A stretch of 64,000 nucleotides of DNA, taken from Vicugna vicugna. Taxonomy: Eukaryota. The notes beneath the pieces were generated by a model. It did no database searches and was not told where the DNA came from. It saw nothing but the letters and a program-made list of their open reading frames with translations. Of the stretch, positions 63,017 to 64,000 are shown in pieces; position 1 is the first letter of the stretch, and every line of letters begins with the position of its first letter. The position numbers and the translations under genes were made by a program. Location of the stretch: positions 1,825,524 through 1,889,523 of the forward strand of contig MU057744.1 of the NCBI GenBank assembly GCA_013265495.1, read 5' to 3'.

Positions 63017-63777
63017 GTAAACGGCTCTAAAAAATAAAGACTGTGGTTTGAGTGAAGTGTCTTTGCATTTGAGAAGGAGCATCTCAGGATCCTGGAGTAG
63101 GTGCAGCCTACTCCCGGCTCCTGGCCCCGTGGAGTCAAACACTAGGGGAGGACAGTTTGGGCAAGTAAATACATGTGTTCAAGGTGTTGTGTTTTCTTGA
63201 ATTTGACTGCTAAATGTAATGCTGGACAGAAGGAATAAGACACCCAATCCAGGATCTGTAAGTGGAGGCTGGAGATGCATCACCGTATTAGTATGTTTGA
63301 TAAATGATGCTTTTAGAATTGGCCTCTTTAAAATTTATTCAAATCTGGTATTTTTGCCAGCATGTATTTTTCTGGAGGGCAAAATCTCATTTACAGAAAT
63401 TATAATTGTAATCTTTAAAAAAAATGACTAATCTTGGAATGAAATGCAGTAAACTTACGTACCTTCTGGAGGCTTCCCCTCACGCCACTCGAGCCAGCGT
63501 CCTAGCGATGCCTTCTCAGTTCTGTTTAAACCCAAGTATGTTTTAGAGATTTAGCTGTGATTGTGCTGGGGTTATCAAGTCTAAGTCCTCAGAATTCTGC
63601 CAGAATGTCGTATACGTGAGAATCAATGACTGAGAAAGTCCGCTTCTGGGGTTACACTGGGCAGGAGTTCACACCGAGCTTTTAGACTGGATCTGAAAGG
63701 AGTTTCTGTGACAGTGATGCCCTGTCATAAAGCAGAATGCAGGCTCTCCTATGACCTTACCTTTTTTTCCTTTTTTT

Positions 63778-63962
63778 TAGTTATCTATTACTATTTAGCA
63801 ATACTACCACAAGTTCAGTGTCTTTAAAGGACCTACATTGATTATCTCACAGTGTGTGTAGGTCTGGACCCTGGGCACAGTTTGACCAGGTCCTCTTTAA
63901 GGCTGCAGTCAAGGTCTTGACCAGGCCTGAGCTGTCATCAGCAGCCTCTCGCCTGGAGAACA
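63778..63962 (-). mobile_element. MaLR MLT1-type LTR fragment
   Basis: tagttatctatt...actaccacaagttcagtg...attatctcacagt...aaggctgcagtcaagg. Confidence 0.65.
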
Positions 63963-64000
63963 AAACTCTTTTTTTTTTCTTAAGGCCTTTTTTTAGCGCG

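Overview
Mammalian genomic DNA lying entirely inside the cardiac ryanodine receptor gene RYR2 (+ strand). I located 27 consecutive GT-AG coding exons: the 3' end of exon 36 through exon 62, using human numbering recalled from memory. They splice into one uninterrupted frame of about 4.1 kb, equivalent to human residues ~1630-3006. This covers the junctional/handle region, divergent region 3, a calmodulin-binding segment, the bridging solenoid with CPVT hotspot II, and the RY3/4 phosphorylation domain; the S2031, S2808 and S2814 sites are intact. The introns hold old L1M, L2, MIR, MLT1 and MER2 relics, younger cetartiodactyl-type L1 3' ends, and three tRNA-derived SINEs of the camelid Vic-1 type, so the source is probably a camel, llama or alpaca. 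I see no prokaryotic or wholly new gene system. The best leads are: patchy AT-to-GC substitution bias that reaches protein sequence; a Glu-to-Arg change at the human E1837 position; changes plus a one-codon deletion inside CPVT hotspot II; a candidate in-frame 51-nt cassette exon before exon 61; an 18-bp intronic hairpin; and a ~100-nt AG-free tract before the S2808 exon. All comparisons with human or paralog sequences are from memory and need alignment. Repeat boundaries and subfamily names are approximate.
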